A stretch of DNA of 61,904 nt from Lachnospiraceae bacterium (lineage in GTDB: Bacteria > Bacillota > Clostridia > Lachnospirales > Lachnospiraceae), in NCBI GenBank assembly GCA_017963665.1, contig JAGCTJ010000148.1, positions 1-61,904 of the forward strand. The letters are read 5' to 3'. The translations under genes and the position numbers were made by a program. Under the pieces are notes generated by a model. That model did not search any database. It had not been told where the DNA came from and worked only from the letters and a program-made list of their open reading frames with translations. Shown here in pieces: positions 1 to 9,174 of the stretch (positions within the stretch are counted from its first letter, which is position 1; every line of letters begins with the position of its first letter).

Positions 1-359
1 CGTGGTATGATTTCACTGTCATCTCTGGTCTTGAATAAATAAAACACATATTTAAAAGGTTTATCCTCGTAAAAGACCTGCATAATTTCGGTAGGCAGTT
101 CGGAAGTGTCCGGATATACCTCCACATAACTTTTGGGCTCTTCGCTTTCCTTTTTTGATCTCGAAGGTTTAACAGAAACAGTAGTGTCGTCCGTCTTCGG
201 GCTCACTGTTTCTTTACTAACAACACTCTCACTTGCCACAGATACCGCAATTTCAGTATCCGCCTCCTCTGTTGGAACCGTTTCATCCGAAGATGAAACG
301 GTTTTGCATGCAGAGAATGTAATACAAAACATCATTATCAACAATAAGCTTTTTTTCAT
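1..359 (-). CDS. Lipoprotein, 3'-partial (runs off window); candidate immunity protein
   Basis: Not in the ORF track; read manually. ATG at 359 gives MKKSLLLIMMFCITFSACKTVSSSDETVPTEEADTEIAV..., with lipobox FSA-C and an S/T/E-rich linker. RBS-like AAGGT upstream; 10 nt after the stop of the lysozyme gene. Confidence 0.8.
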   Translation of the reverse strand, partial: MKKSLLLIMMFCITFSACKTVSSSDETVPTEEADTEIAVSVASESVVSKETVSPKTDDTTVSVKPSRSKKESEEPKSYVEVYPDTSELPTEIMQVFYEDKPFKYVFYLFKTRDDSEIIP

Positions 360-369
360 TTTATTTACC

Positions 370-1326
370 TTAAAACGCAGAAAATGCATTATAAATGGCC
401 TGAGCATTTGCCCTTCGAGTTTCTCTGCTGCCAGTGTTACCTTCTATATACTCGGCAAACCTATCACACATGTTTTGAACAGATGTCTGAGTAACTACAT
501 AATTTTCCCACCAATATTTGTACGAACTATTGCCATTAACCGAGCCTGTCAGTTCTTGCCTCAAATAGGCTAATTGGGCATTTAGATTTGAAACCGAAAG
601 TCCCAATTCGCCCGCTTTATTCAACAAGCCTTGTTTTCTAGACGAATCTCTCCATTGGATTAATCCATAGGCTACGCCATCATTTGTTGAATACGAATAA
701 TTATAATCATGGTCTCCCGGATACATCCCTTCATTGACATTATCTGAAGAAAATCTTGATTCCAAGAGCATATTTCCCATAATTCCTGCACTTTGCTTTG
801 CGGTTAACCCCATTCCTTTTCTCAGAAATGCCCATGTTCTGGCCATATTGGCTTTTTCGGTATAATCCAGACCATATTGTTGTTTTAAATTAGTACACCC
901 CTGGCTGTTATAAGCACTTAAATATGTGTTGTAAACGCTTGTGAGTTTTGTACGCGTTCTGCTGCCATAATTACCATTTTCTCCCGAAACACCATATACT
1001 TTTTGAAAAACAGTTATAGCTGACCTTGAAACACTGCTATTAAGATTACCATCTATAGGTCCACTATAGAATCCCAAAGAAGAAAGTTTTGATTGAACCT
1101 GCTGATTTTCATAAACATCTGATGCAGCGGCTTTCATAACAACTATTCCATCGCGATCAGAATATTTTGTTGCCGGTGCATGCGAATATAACACTCCCGA
1201 TTCCTTATCGCTCCTTTTGCCCTCACTATGCAATAAGTCTTCTTTTTTACTCTTTTCACTTGATATATTGTTTTCATCATATATTTTTTTGTAATTTATG
1301 AGGTGGTTTGATGAATCAATTTTCAT
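370..1326 (-). CDS. Peptidoglycan-binding domain + phage-tail-lysozyme-type hydrolase
   Basis: PG_binding_1-like segment (VQSKLSSLGFYSGPIDG...AITVFQKVYG...GNYGSRT). C-terminal Phage_lysozyme2-like motifs (SAGIMGNMLLES, AYGLIQW, QLAYLRQEL). RBS AAGGAG. No hydrophobic signal peptide. Confidence 0.8.
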   Translation of the reverse strand: MKIDSSNHLINYKKIYDENNISSEKSKKEDLLHSEGKRSDKESGVLYSHAPATKYSDRDGIVVMKAAASDVYENQQVQSKLSSLGFYSGPIDGNLNSSVSRSAITVFQKVYGVSGENGNYGSRTRTKLTSVYNTYLSAYNSQGCTNLKQQYGLDYTEKANMARTWAFLRKGMGLTAKQSAGIMGNMLLESRFSSDNVNEGMYPGDHDYNYSYSTNDGVAYGLIQWRDSSRKQGLLNKAGELGLSVSNLNAQLAYLRQELTGSVNGNSSYKYWWENYVVTQTSVQNMCDRFAEYIEGNTGSRETRRANAQAIYNAFSAF

Positions 1327-1405
1327 ATATTAATACTCCTTCGTTTTTTCGTCATCGATGATTAACTAAATTGTCAACCGGTATTAAAAAAAAATCAACA
1401 ACTTA

Positions 1406-1445
1406 TGGACGAACTACGAAAAATGTGGATGAACTACGAAAAATG
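1406..1445. repeat. Tandem 20-bp direct repeat, putative regulator binding site
   Basis: TGGACGAACTACGAAAAATG followed by TGGATGAACTACGAAAAATG (1 mismatch), about 80 bp upstream of the lysozyme start. Confidence 0.85.
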
Positions 1446-1539
1446 CCCTTATTACACGTGTTATTTTAGTAGTTTTTCGTAATCGCATGCGATTTGAATG
1501 GAGTTATTAATACTGTTTGGCTGAATTGGAATTAACAAC

Positions 1540-1563
1540 AAAAAAGCGCGGCAAAAGCCGCGC
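1540..1563 (-). terminator. Intrinsic terminator of the hisS-CNNM operon
   Basis: Minus strand GCGCGGC-TTTT-GCCGCGC followed by a T run. Confidence 0.85.
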
Positions 1564-1599
1564 CTGAAGTCTGATGATAAATTGATTGACCTTTTTTGA

Positions 1600-2871
1600 T
1601 TACTCGTTTTCTTCCTCTTCTTCTTTCTTGGGAAGTACCACATACACTGTAACGATACGGTTGGATTTAATGCCCTTAACGGTAAGGGTAGTGCCGTCTT
1701 CAAGGGTGACGGTCTCGCCGTTCTCGGGGATACGATCGATGGAATCCAGAACAAGGCCGCCGATGGTATCGTAATCTTCCGATTCGAATTCGGTGCCGAG
1801 AACATCGTTTACGTCTTCAAGGCGCATACGTGCTTCGATAAGATAACCGTCGCCGTCTTTGACGATCTGGGTTTCTTCGTCCTGATCGTACTCGTCACGA
1901 AGCTCGCCCACAATCTCTTCGAGAAGGTCTTCCATGGTTACCATGCCGACCGTATTACCGAATTCGTCGTTTACAAACGCCAGGTTCTGAGATTTGGAAC
2001 GCATCTCGATCATAAGGTCGTTGGTCTTTTTATATTCGTAAGTATAGTATCCTTCACGTAAAAACTTGGATACTGCGAAGGAACCGATATCCTTTAATCT
2101 TATAAGGTCTTTAACATTGATGAAACCGATGATGTTGTCGTTTTCACCCTTATATACGGGAAGTCTTGTATACATGGTCTCACGAAATACCTTCATGACT
2201 TCTCTGTATGTTGCTTCCTCGGGGATGGACATGATATCGATCCTGGGGATCATAATGTCTTTTGCAACCGAATCCGAAAAATCAAAGACGTTGTTTATGA
2301 TCTTTCTCTCGTCCGATTCGATAACACCGTCCTCGTGGCTCACGTCAACATACGAACGAAGTTCCGACTCGGTGATGACTTCGTCTTTTTCACGCTTAAG
2401 ACCGAATATCTTAAGCACCGCACCTGCAAGAATATCTATCACGAACACGAGCGGGAATAAAACGGTCATTAAAAATCTTATAGGTACGCAGAAAGAAAGA
2501 GCCATCTTCTCGCTGTTATGTCTCGCAGCGGTCTTGGGAACGATCTCACCGAATACAAGGATGATAAGCGTAAGAATACCGGTACCTACGGATATGTAAA
2601 CATTTCCCCATATTCTCATGGTGAATACGGTAGTAAGGGCCGAAGCACTTAAGTTTACGATGTTGTTCCCGATAAGGATGGTGGTTATCATCCTGTCGTA
2701 ATCTTCAAAAATCTTCGAAAGGGTCTTTGCATGTCTGACCCCGTCTTCTTCAAGAGCCCTTAACTTGGCTCTTGTGATCCGTGAAAAAGCGGTCTCCGCC
2801 GAAGAAAAGAAAGCGGAACCCAGTATAAGTAAAAGTAAAACTATCAGTTGTATGACACCTGTGGTATCCAA
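1600..2871 (-). CDS. CNNM/HlyC/CorC family protein (DUF21 + CBS pair + CorC_HlyC)
   Basis: SAFFSSAETAF, ILIGNNIVN, FGEIVPKT, MIPRID, EDLLEEIVGE, YDTIGGLV motifs; TTG start. Confidence 0.92.
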   Translation of the reverse strand: MDTTGVIQLIVLLLLILGSAFFSSAETAFSRITRAKLRALEEDGVRHAKTLSKIFEDYDRMITTILIGNNIVNLSASALTTVFTMRIWGNVYISVGTGILTLIILVFGEIVPKTAARHNSEKMALSFCVPIRFLMTVLFPLVFVIDILAGAVLKIFGLKREKDEVITESELRSYVDVSHEDGVIESDERKIINNVFDFSDSVAKDIMIPRIDIMSIPEEATYREVMKVFRETMYTRLPVYKGENDNIIGFINVKDLIRLKDIGSFAVSKFLREGYYTYEYKKTNDLMIEMRSKSQNLAFVNDEFGNTVGMVTMEDLLEEIVGELRDEYDQDEETQIVKDGDGYLIEARMRLEDVNDVLGTEFESEDYDTIGGLVLDSIDRIPENGETVTLEDGTTLTVKGIKSNRIVTVYVVLPKKEEEEENE

Positions 2872-2882
2872 AATAAACTCCT

Positions 2883-4133
2883 TTAATCGTTGTAGAACTC
2901 TTTGATGTTTGCGTATCCGTCGGCGTTAAGCTGGTCTTTCTGGAACTTCTTGTTCTTGTTCATTCTAAGAACCAGCACCTGCTTTCCTGCCTCACGCTCT
3001 TTTGATGCTTCGCTTAATATATCTGCATATTTGTCTGCCGGAATACTCTTTTCAACCAAAAATGCAACTTTCTCGCGGGAGCCCGGTATAACAAATCCGC
3101 TCTCCATAAGTATAAGGACTATTCTCTCAAATCCGATTGAGAAGCCGCATGCGGGAACGTTCTGGCCGGTAAAGTTTCCTACCATCTTGTCATATCTTCC
3201 GCCACCGCCGCAGGATGCCCCAAGCTCCGGCATTGATATCTCAAATATCGTGCCGGTATAGTATCCCATTCCTCTTACGAGAGTGGGATCGAATACCATC
3301 TTAAAGTCTGCTTTCTTAACCTTTTCAACGCTTTCGATTATCTCTGTAAGGCTCTTTACAACTTCATCTTCAAGGAAGTCGCCGAGAAGTTCCTTCATTC
3401 TGTTAAGCGTCTTAAGAGTGTTGTCGTTTTCTTCGAAAAGTTTTAAATACTTGGCGATGCTTTCATCCGAAAAGCCTTCTTTCGCAAGCTCTTCTTTTAC
3501 ACCGTCAACACCGATCTTATCAAGCTTATCGAGGATGATACATACAACGTCAAACTTGTCTTCGGGGAATCCTGCGTAGTTTGACATCGCGCGTAAAAGT
3601 CTTCTTTCGCTTATTCTTATCTCAAATCCCTTAAATCCCAGTTTTCCGAGGGTCTCAGTGGTAGCTAAGATAAGTTCTATCTCAGCTGAGTTTGTTGCCT
3701 CACCCAGAATATCGATATCGCACTGTGTGAACTGACGGTATCTTCCTCTCTGAGGACGGTCCGCACGCCAAACGTTTCCTATCTGAAGTGCCTTGAAAGG
3801 CTGAGGAAGGTTTGCCTGATTGTTGGAATAAAATCTCACGAGCGGTACGGTAAGGTCATATCTGAGGCCCATATCCACAAGATCGGCATCGCTCTTTGCC
3901 GTCTCAAGATTAAGTTTTTCTCCTCTTTTAAGTACTTTGAAGATGAGTTTTTCATTCTCTCCGCCCTGCTTTGAGCAAAGGTTGTTTATGTCCTCAAGGC
4001 AGGGTGTTTCGATCGCGTTAAAACCGTATGAACGGTATGTGTCTTTGATGATGCCCTGTAAATAATCGCGGATCTCCATCTCCCTGGGCATTATTTCTTT
4101 CATGCCGGTAACCGGCTTTTTAACAAGTGCCAT
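2883..4133 (-). CDS. hisS: Histidine-tRNA ligase
   Basis: LRYDLTVP, WRADRPQRGRYRQFTQCD, RGMGYYTG, GGGGRYD motifs. Confidence 0.96.
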   Translation of the reverse strand: MALVKKPVTGMKEIMPREMEIRDYLQGIIKDTYRSYGFNAIETPCLEDINNLCSKQGGENEKLIFKVLKRGEKLNLETAKSDADLVDMGLRYDLTVPLVRFYSNNQANLPQPFKALQIGNVWRADRPQRGRYRQFTQCDIDILGEATNSAEIELILATTETLGKLGFKGFEIRISERRLLRAMSNYAGFPEDKFDVVCIILDKLDKIGVDGVKEELAKEGFSDESIAKYLKLFEENDNTLKTLNRMKELLGDFLEDEVVKSLTEIIESVEKVKKADFKMVFDPTLVRGMGYYTGTIFEISMPELGASCGGGGRYDKMVGNFTGQNVPACGFSIGFERIVLILMESGFVIPGSREKVAFLVEKSIPADKYADILSEASKEREAGKQVLVLRMNKNKKFQKDQLNADGYANIKEFYND

Positions 4134-5564
4134 TTATTTATCCTCCAATGTAAAAAGAACTCTTTTTCGCTCTATCATCTCATCGATGCTGTCCATGTAA
4201 AGCGCTACGTCTTTTACGTTATCGCATCTTTGAGGCTTTTTATCAGTGTCTAATATCTTGGTGACGCTTCCCGCGCCAAAGGCTATTATGGGCTCTACCT
4301 CCTCCATGATGAGGATATTGTATATCCCGTAAGCGCCTTCTTTGGCATAACCGGTATTTTCGAAGTTTCCGGCCATGTTCTTTTGTCTGTATAAATAGTA
4401 GGGCTTAAGGTTCAAAGACTCGGCAAGTTCGCCTGCGATCTTCATCGTCTCCGACGTATTGACCGTCATGTCTTTGTAATCCGAAAGTGTTTCGTTAAGT
4501 CTCGATCCCCGCTTTATGGCAAGTGAATGGACCGTCAGGCTTTCGGGAGAAAGTTTCTTTATCTCCTCAGCCGTATGCATGACTTCTTTTACTCCTTCAC
4601 CCGGAAGTCCAAGTATGATGTCGGCGTTTATGTTGTCCATTCCCACTTCTCTTGCAAGGGTGAAAGCTCTTATGACATCTTCCACCGAATGTCGTCTTCC
4701 GATAAGATCCAAAGTCTTTTGATTCATGGTCTGCGGATTTATCGAAATACGGGATACATGATGAGCTTTAAGTACACGCAGCTTATCAATGTCAATGGAA
4801 TCGGGCCGTCCCGCCTCAACGGTAAACTCTTTAAGTTTCGTAACATCGACGTACCTGTCGATCATGCTTAACAGTTTTTCAAGTTTATCCGCATCAAGGG
4901 AGGTGGGTGTTCCTCCGCCTATATATATCGTATCAAGGATTTTACCTTTTCTTTTATTGATTGTAAAGGCAAGCTCCTTTTCGATACAGTCTATATACTC
5001 GTCAATGCGTTCTTTGTACTTAACTATCGGATTTGAGGTAAAGGAGCAGTAAAGGCAGGTGGTGGGGCAAAAAGGAATGCCGATGTAAATACTGTAGCCT
5101 TTACTCCTGTCGATGAGATCGATTATTCGCGCCTCACGATGAGCAATTTCGATAGAAAGAAGCCCCTTCTCATCACTTACGAGATAGGTTTCTTTCATGT
5201 AGTTAAGTATCTCTTCGTCGCTCTTATTTTCTGAGAGGAGCTTTGTTGCGATCTTTGTGGGTCTTATTCCCGTAAGGTCGCCCCAAGGCAGATTCACGTT
5301 AAGATGTGCAGAAAGACTTTGGTATATGAGCCGTTTAAGAATGTTCTTAACTTCCGGTCTTTTGGTACCTTCCTTAACTTCCGCCTCGTTCTCAAAAGAT
5401 CTCTCTTTGTCAAAAAAGCAAAATTTATTCCCGGAAAAGTTTAATGTGAATGTAGGATCTTCGGTATTTTCAGATACCGTCACATCTTCTCCGGGATAAA
5501 AGGCTTTAACCAGCGAATGAACGTCGTATTCAAATGAACTGTCATTTATTAAAACGTAGATCAT
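4134..5564 (-). CDS. hemZ: Radical SAM HemZ family protein
   Basis: PWGDLTGIRPTK, CPTTCLYC (CxxxCxxC), YIGGGTPT, PYYLYRQK. Confidence 0.92.
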   Translation of the reverse strand: MIYVLINDSSFEYDVHSLVKAFYPGEDVTVSENTEDPTFTLNFSGNKFCFFDKERSFENEAEVKEGTKRPEVKNILKRLIYQSLSAHLNVNLPWGDLTGIRPTKIATKLLSENKSDEEILNYMKETYLVSDEKGLLSIEIAHREARIIDLIDRSKGYSIYIGIPFCPTTCLYCSFTSNPIVKYKERIDEYIDCIEKELAFTINKRKGKILDTIYIGGGTPTSLDADKLEKLLSMIDRYVDVTKLKEFTVEAGRPDSIDIDKLRVLKAHHVSRISINPQTMNQKTLDLIGRRHSVEDVIRAFTLAREVGMDNINADIILGLPGEGVKEVMHTAEEIKKLSPESLTVHSLAIKRGSRLNETLSDYKDMTVNTSETMKIAGELAESLNLKPYYLYRQKNMAGNFENTGYAKEGAYGIYNILIMEEVEPIIAFGAGSVTKILDTDKKPQRCDNVKDVALYMDSIDEMIERKRVLFTLEDK

Positions 5565-5582
5565 TTCATAAACCCTGAAACA

Positions 5583-6212
5583 TCAGAAAAATGGGTTGTT
5601 TTCCTTTTCAAAACCTATAGTTGTGGAACCGCCGTGTCCGGGGTAGACCCTTGTGGCGTCGGGTAACACAAACAGTTTACTCTCTACCGACTCCGTAAGT
5701 GTCCTTGCGCTTCCGGTAGGAAGATCCGTTCTTCCCACACTTCCCTCGAACAGCGTATCGCCGGCAATAAGATATCCCGCTTCTTCAATATAAAAGCAAC
5801 CGCTTCCCGCCGTATGGCCGGGTGTGAGTATTGCTTTAAAGGTGATTCCCGCGATCGTGAATTCATCTCCGTCTCTTAGCCATTTGTCGGCTTCGACCGT
5901 GGCGGGACGTCCCACTGATTCGGAACAGTTTATATGCGGATCCCCAAGCAGTTCTTTCTCTGCTTCAAAAGCATATACATCGCATTCTGCTGCTTTTCTT
6001 AATTTGCTCACTCCGTAGATATGGTCGAAATGACCGTGGGTGAGCAAAATGCCTTTAACTTTAAACCCTTTGTCGCTAAGACCTTTAAAGATGTAATCTC
6101 CCGAATCAGCGGGGTCTATAACGACCGCTTCTTCACAGCCTTCTTTGTAGACAAAGTAGCAGTTTGTCATATACATGCCGAGTGTGATCTTTCCAATCTT
6201 TATATCACTCAT
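5583..6212 (-). CDS. MBL-fold metallo-hydrolase
   Basis: THGHFDH, TPGHT, GRTDLP, PGHG. Confidence 0.93.
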   Translation of the reverse strand: MSDIKIGKITLGMYMTNCYFVYKEGCEEAVVIDPADSGDYIFKGLSDKGFKVKGILLTHGHFDHIYGVSKLRKAAECDVYAFEAEKELLGDPHINCSESVGRPATVEADKWLRDGDEFTIAGITFKAILTPGHTAGSGCFYIEEAGYLIAGDTLFEGSVGRTDLPTGSARTLTESVESKLFVLPDATRVYPGHGGSTTIGFEKENNPFF

Positions 6213-6214
6213 AC

Positions 6215-8515
6215 TTACCCCTTTGTTCTTTCTATATCCACCACGTTGGGAACGGCGCGGATCTTTTCGACTACGCGGCTTAATTCCTCTCTCGATGATA
6301 TCTCAAACGTGGTATTCATTGTTACGAGATTTTGTTTGTTCACTCTTGTGTTCAAAGTGATGATACCGATATTGTTCTCCGTAAGTATTCTTGATATATC
6401 TGCCAACAGACCTGTACGGTTTGTGGCGTAGATCATGATCTCTGCAGGATACTTTCCGGTAATCTCCTCTTCCTGCTGCCATTCGGCTTCGATGATACGG
6501 CCTCTGTCATGCTCGCAAAGAGACGCAAGGTTTACGCAGTCGCTTCGGTGAATGGAAATACCTCTTCCGCGTGTCACGAAACCGACTATCTCATCACCGG
6601 GAACGGGTGAACAGCACTTTGAAAATCTTACCGCAAGGTCATCCGTACCTTTGACGAGTATTCCGGCACTGCCGGTACGGATCTTTGTGACTTTCTTTGC
6701 CGATGCTCTTACGCTTTCGAGTATCTCTTCGTCGGTCATGTTCTTCTTATGATCTGCATCGAAGAGTTCAAGCAGTTTGTTTACCACCTGGCCTTCTTTG
6801 ATGGCACCGTGACCGACTGCGGCATATACCGAATCCCAGTCATGGAATCCGTATTTTCTCATAATGGCGTCTTTATATTCCTGCTTGCTGATATCCGCAG
6901 GATTGACGCCTTTTGACTTGCAGAAATCAAGGATGAGTTCCTTGCCTCTTGCAACGTTTTCTTCTTTTAACTCCTGCTTAAACCACTGAGAGATCTTGTT
7001 TCTGGCCTGAGTGGACTTAACGATGTTAAGCCAGTCACGGCTGGGGCCCTTGGAGTTCTGGCTTGTTATGATCTCGACTCTGTCACCGTTATTGATGACA
7101 TAATCAATGTTAACGAGCTGTCCGTTTACTCTGGCCCCCACCATTCGATTTCCCACTGCCGAGTGAATGGAATAAGCAAAATCTATGGGTGTGGAACCTG
7201 CGGGAAGGTTTTTAACCTCACCCGTAGGGGTAAAGCAATATACACTGTCAGAGAAAAGATCAAGGTCCGACTTAAGGAGATTTAAGAACTCGGCGTTGTC
7301 GGAAAGATCTCTCTGCCACTCGAGTATCTGACGAAGCCAAGCAAGTTTTTCTTCTTCTCCGACTCCCGCTTTTCTTCCGTCGGAAGCTTCTTTGTACTTC
7401 CAATGGGCAGCGATACCGTATTCTGCCGCTCTGTGCATTTCGTACGTTCTTATCTGTATCTCGAAAGGCTGTCCCGAAGAACCGATAAGCGTCGTATGAA
7501 GCGACTGATACATGTTGGGCTTGGGCATTGCGATATAATCCTTAAATCTGCCCGGGATGGGCTTGTAGATCTCATGGATGATACCAAGAGCCGCATAACA
7601 GTCACGGACGGAATCGACAATGATCCTGACTGCGAAAAGATCGTATATCTGATCGATTGTCTTGTTCTGATTGACCATCTTTTTATAGATACTGAAGAAA
7701 TGCTTTACACGTCCGTCGATCTTGGCTTCGATACCTGCGTTTTTGATGTGGGCACTTACTTCGTTTACTATACTTTGGATATATTTCTCCCGTTCAACCT
7801 TTCTTACCGCGATCTGCTTTGTAAGATCCGCATACACATCGGGATGCAGATATTTAAGGGAAAGATCGTCCAGTTCGACTTTGATACGGGAAATACCCAG
7901 CCTGTCGGCTATAGGTGAATAAATGTCCAACGTCTCTCTTGCTATACGCTGCTGCTTTTCGGGCGGCATATGGGACAGAGTTCTCATGTTGTGAAGTCTG
8001 TCGGCAAGTTTGATAAGGATGACACGGATATCCTTTGCCATGGCAAGGAACATCTTTCGAAGGTTCTCCGCCTGGATCTCGATTTTTTCTTTGTCCACGC
8101 TTACATGAGACTCTTCCATGTCGAAATGCTGCAGCTTTGTGACGCCGTCAACAAGCAATGCAACTTCGTCTCCGAATAGCGTTGCGATCTCTTCTTTGGT
8201 AAGAATGGTGTCCTCAACAACGTCATGAAGAAGACCTGCAACGATAGTCTCCTTGTCAAGCTCAAGATCCGCAAGGATGATAGATACATACAAAGGATGC
8301 ACGATGTAGGGCTCACCGGATTTTCTGACCTGTCCGTGATGCGCCTCGTTTGCCACTCTGTATGCTCTTGCAATTATGGAAATATCGTCCGAAGGATGGT
8401 ATTTTTTGACACGCGAAATCAAGTCCTCGTAGAGTTTCTCGGGACTTAGGTATTCTTCCAATGATTCAATTCTTCCGTCATCGATTGTAAATTCGGTGTC
8501 TTGTATTGAAACCAT
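6215..8515 (-). CDS. relA: Bifunctional (p)ppGpp synthetase/hydrolase Rel
   Basis: HD domain (LLHDVVEDT), RFKDY, YQSLHT, TGS domain, CCSPVPGD zinc finger, ACT domain. Confidence 0.96.
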   Translation of the reverse strand: MVSIQDTEFTIDDGRIESLEEYLSPEKLYEDLISRVKKYHPSDDISIIARAYRVANEAHHGQVRKSGEPYIVHPLYVSIILADLELDKETIVAGLLHDVVEDTILTKEEIATLFGDEVALLVDGVTKLQHFDMEESHVSVDKEKIEIQAENLRKMFLAMAKDIRVILIKLADRLHNMRTLSHMPPEKQQRIARETLDIYSPIADRLGISRIKVELDDLSLKYLHPDVYADLTKQIAVRKVEREKYIQSIVNEVSAHIKNAGIEAKIDGRVKHFFSIYKKMVNQNKTIDQIYDLFAVRIIVDSVRDCYAALGIIHEIYKPIPGRFKDYIAMPKPNMYQSLHTTLIGSSGQPFEIQIRTYEMHRAAEYGIAAHWKYKEASDGRKAGVGEEEKLAWLRQILEWQRDLSDNAEFLNLLKSDLDLFSDSVYCFTPTGEVKNLPAGSTPIDFAYSIHSAVGNRMVGARVNGQLVNIDYVINNGDRVEIITSQNSKGPSRDWLNIVKSTQARNKISQWFKQELKEENVARGKELILDFCKSKGVNPADISKQEYKDAIMRKYGFHDWDSVYAAVGHGAIKEGQVVNKLLELFDADHKKNMTDEEILESVRASAKKVTKIRTGSAGILVKGTDDLAVRFSKCCSPVPGDEIVGFVTRGRGISIHRSDCVNLASLCEHDRGRIIEAEWQQEEEITGKYPAEIMIYATNRTGLLADISRILTENNIGIITLNTRVNKQNLVTMNTTFEISSREELSRVVEKIRAVPNVVDIERTKG

Positions 8516-8530
8516 CTTCGCCTCTAAAAG

Positions 8531-9055
8531 TTACTTTCCTTCGTATGTTATTGCCGAGAAAAGCGGCACTTTGTTTATCTTCTCTCTTCCCTTTAAGCCT
8601 GCAAGCTCCATCAAAACAACAACGCCTACAACAACTCCGCCGAGAGATTCAACAAGTTTGATCATGGCTTCCGTTGTTCCGCCGGTAGCGATAAGGTCAT
8701 CAACGATGAGAACCTTCTGTCCGGGAACGATGGCATCTTTGTGCATCTCGATGGTTGCGGTGCCGTACTCAAGATCGTACTGCTGAGAAACGGTCTCGCA
8801 GGGAAGTTTACCTTTCTTACGAATAAGAACAAAAGGCTTATGATTAATGTATGCAATGGGTGTTCCGAAAATGAAACCTCTGGATTCGGGACCTGCAACA
8901 ACATCGAAATCAAGGTCTTTTATAAGACCGTTCATGGTATCGATGGCGAGTCCGAGTCCGTCGGCATCCTGTAACACGCTCGTAATGTCTCTGAAGATGA
9001 TCCCCTTCTCGGGAAAATCAGGTATGCTTCTTACATATTCTTCCAATTTTTTCAT
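8531..9055 (-). CDS. apt: Adenine phosphoribosyltransferase
   Basis: DFPEKGIIFRDIT, ESRGF, YDLEYG, VDDLIATGGT. Confidence 0.97.
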   Translation of the reverse strand: MKKLEEYVRSIPDFPEKGIIFRDITSVLQDADGLGLAIDTMNGLIKDLDFDVVAGPESRGFIFGTPIAYINHKPFVLIRKKGKLPCETVSQQYDLEYGTATIEMHKDAIVPGQKVLIVDDLIATGGTTEAMIKLVESLGGVVVGVVVLMELAGLKGREKINKVPLFSAITYEGK

Positions 9056-9174
9056 GATCTTCTCCGTTCCGCCTTATCGGCAAAATAATAAATAATATCT
9101 TATTATATGGCTTTTTTCACGCATAGTAAAGAACAAAGCGTCCCGCAAATACAATTTGCAAAACGCTTTTCTCT

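Noticed and set aside
370-1326. Prophage, suggested by the phage-tail-lysozyme domain
   Set aside because: No integrase, structural or holin genes adjacent in the window; the domain also occurs in non-phage hydrolases. The left flank is not visible.
1327-1400. Sigma-28 promoter for the lysozyme gene
   Set aside because: Only a weak ATCGATGA resemblance to the -10 and no properly spaced TAAA; not supportable.
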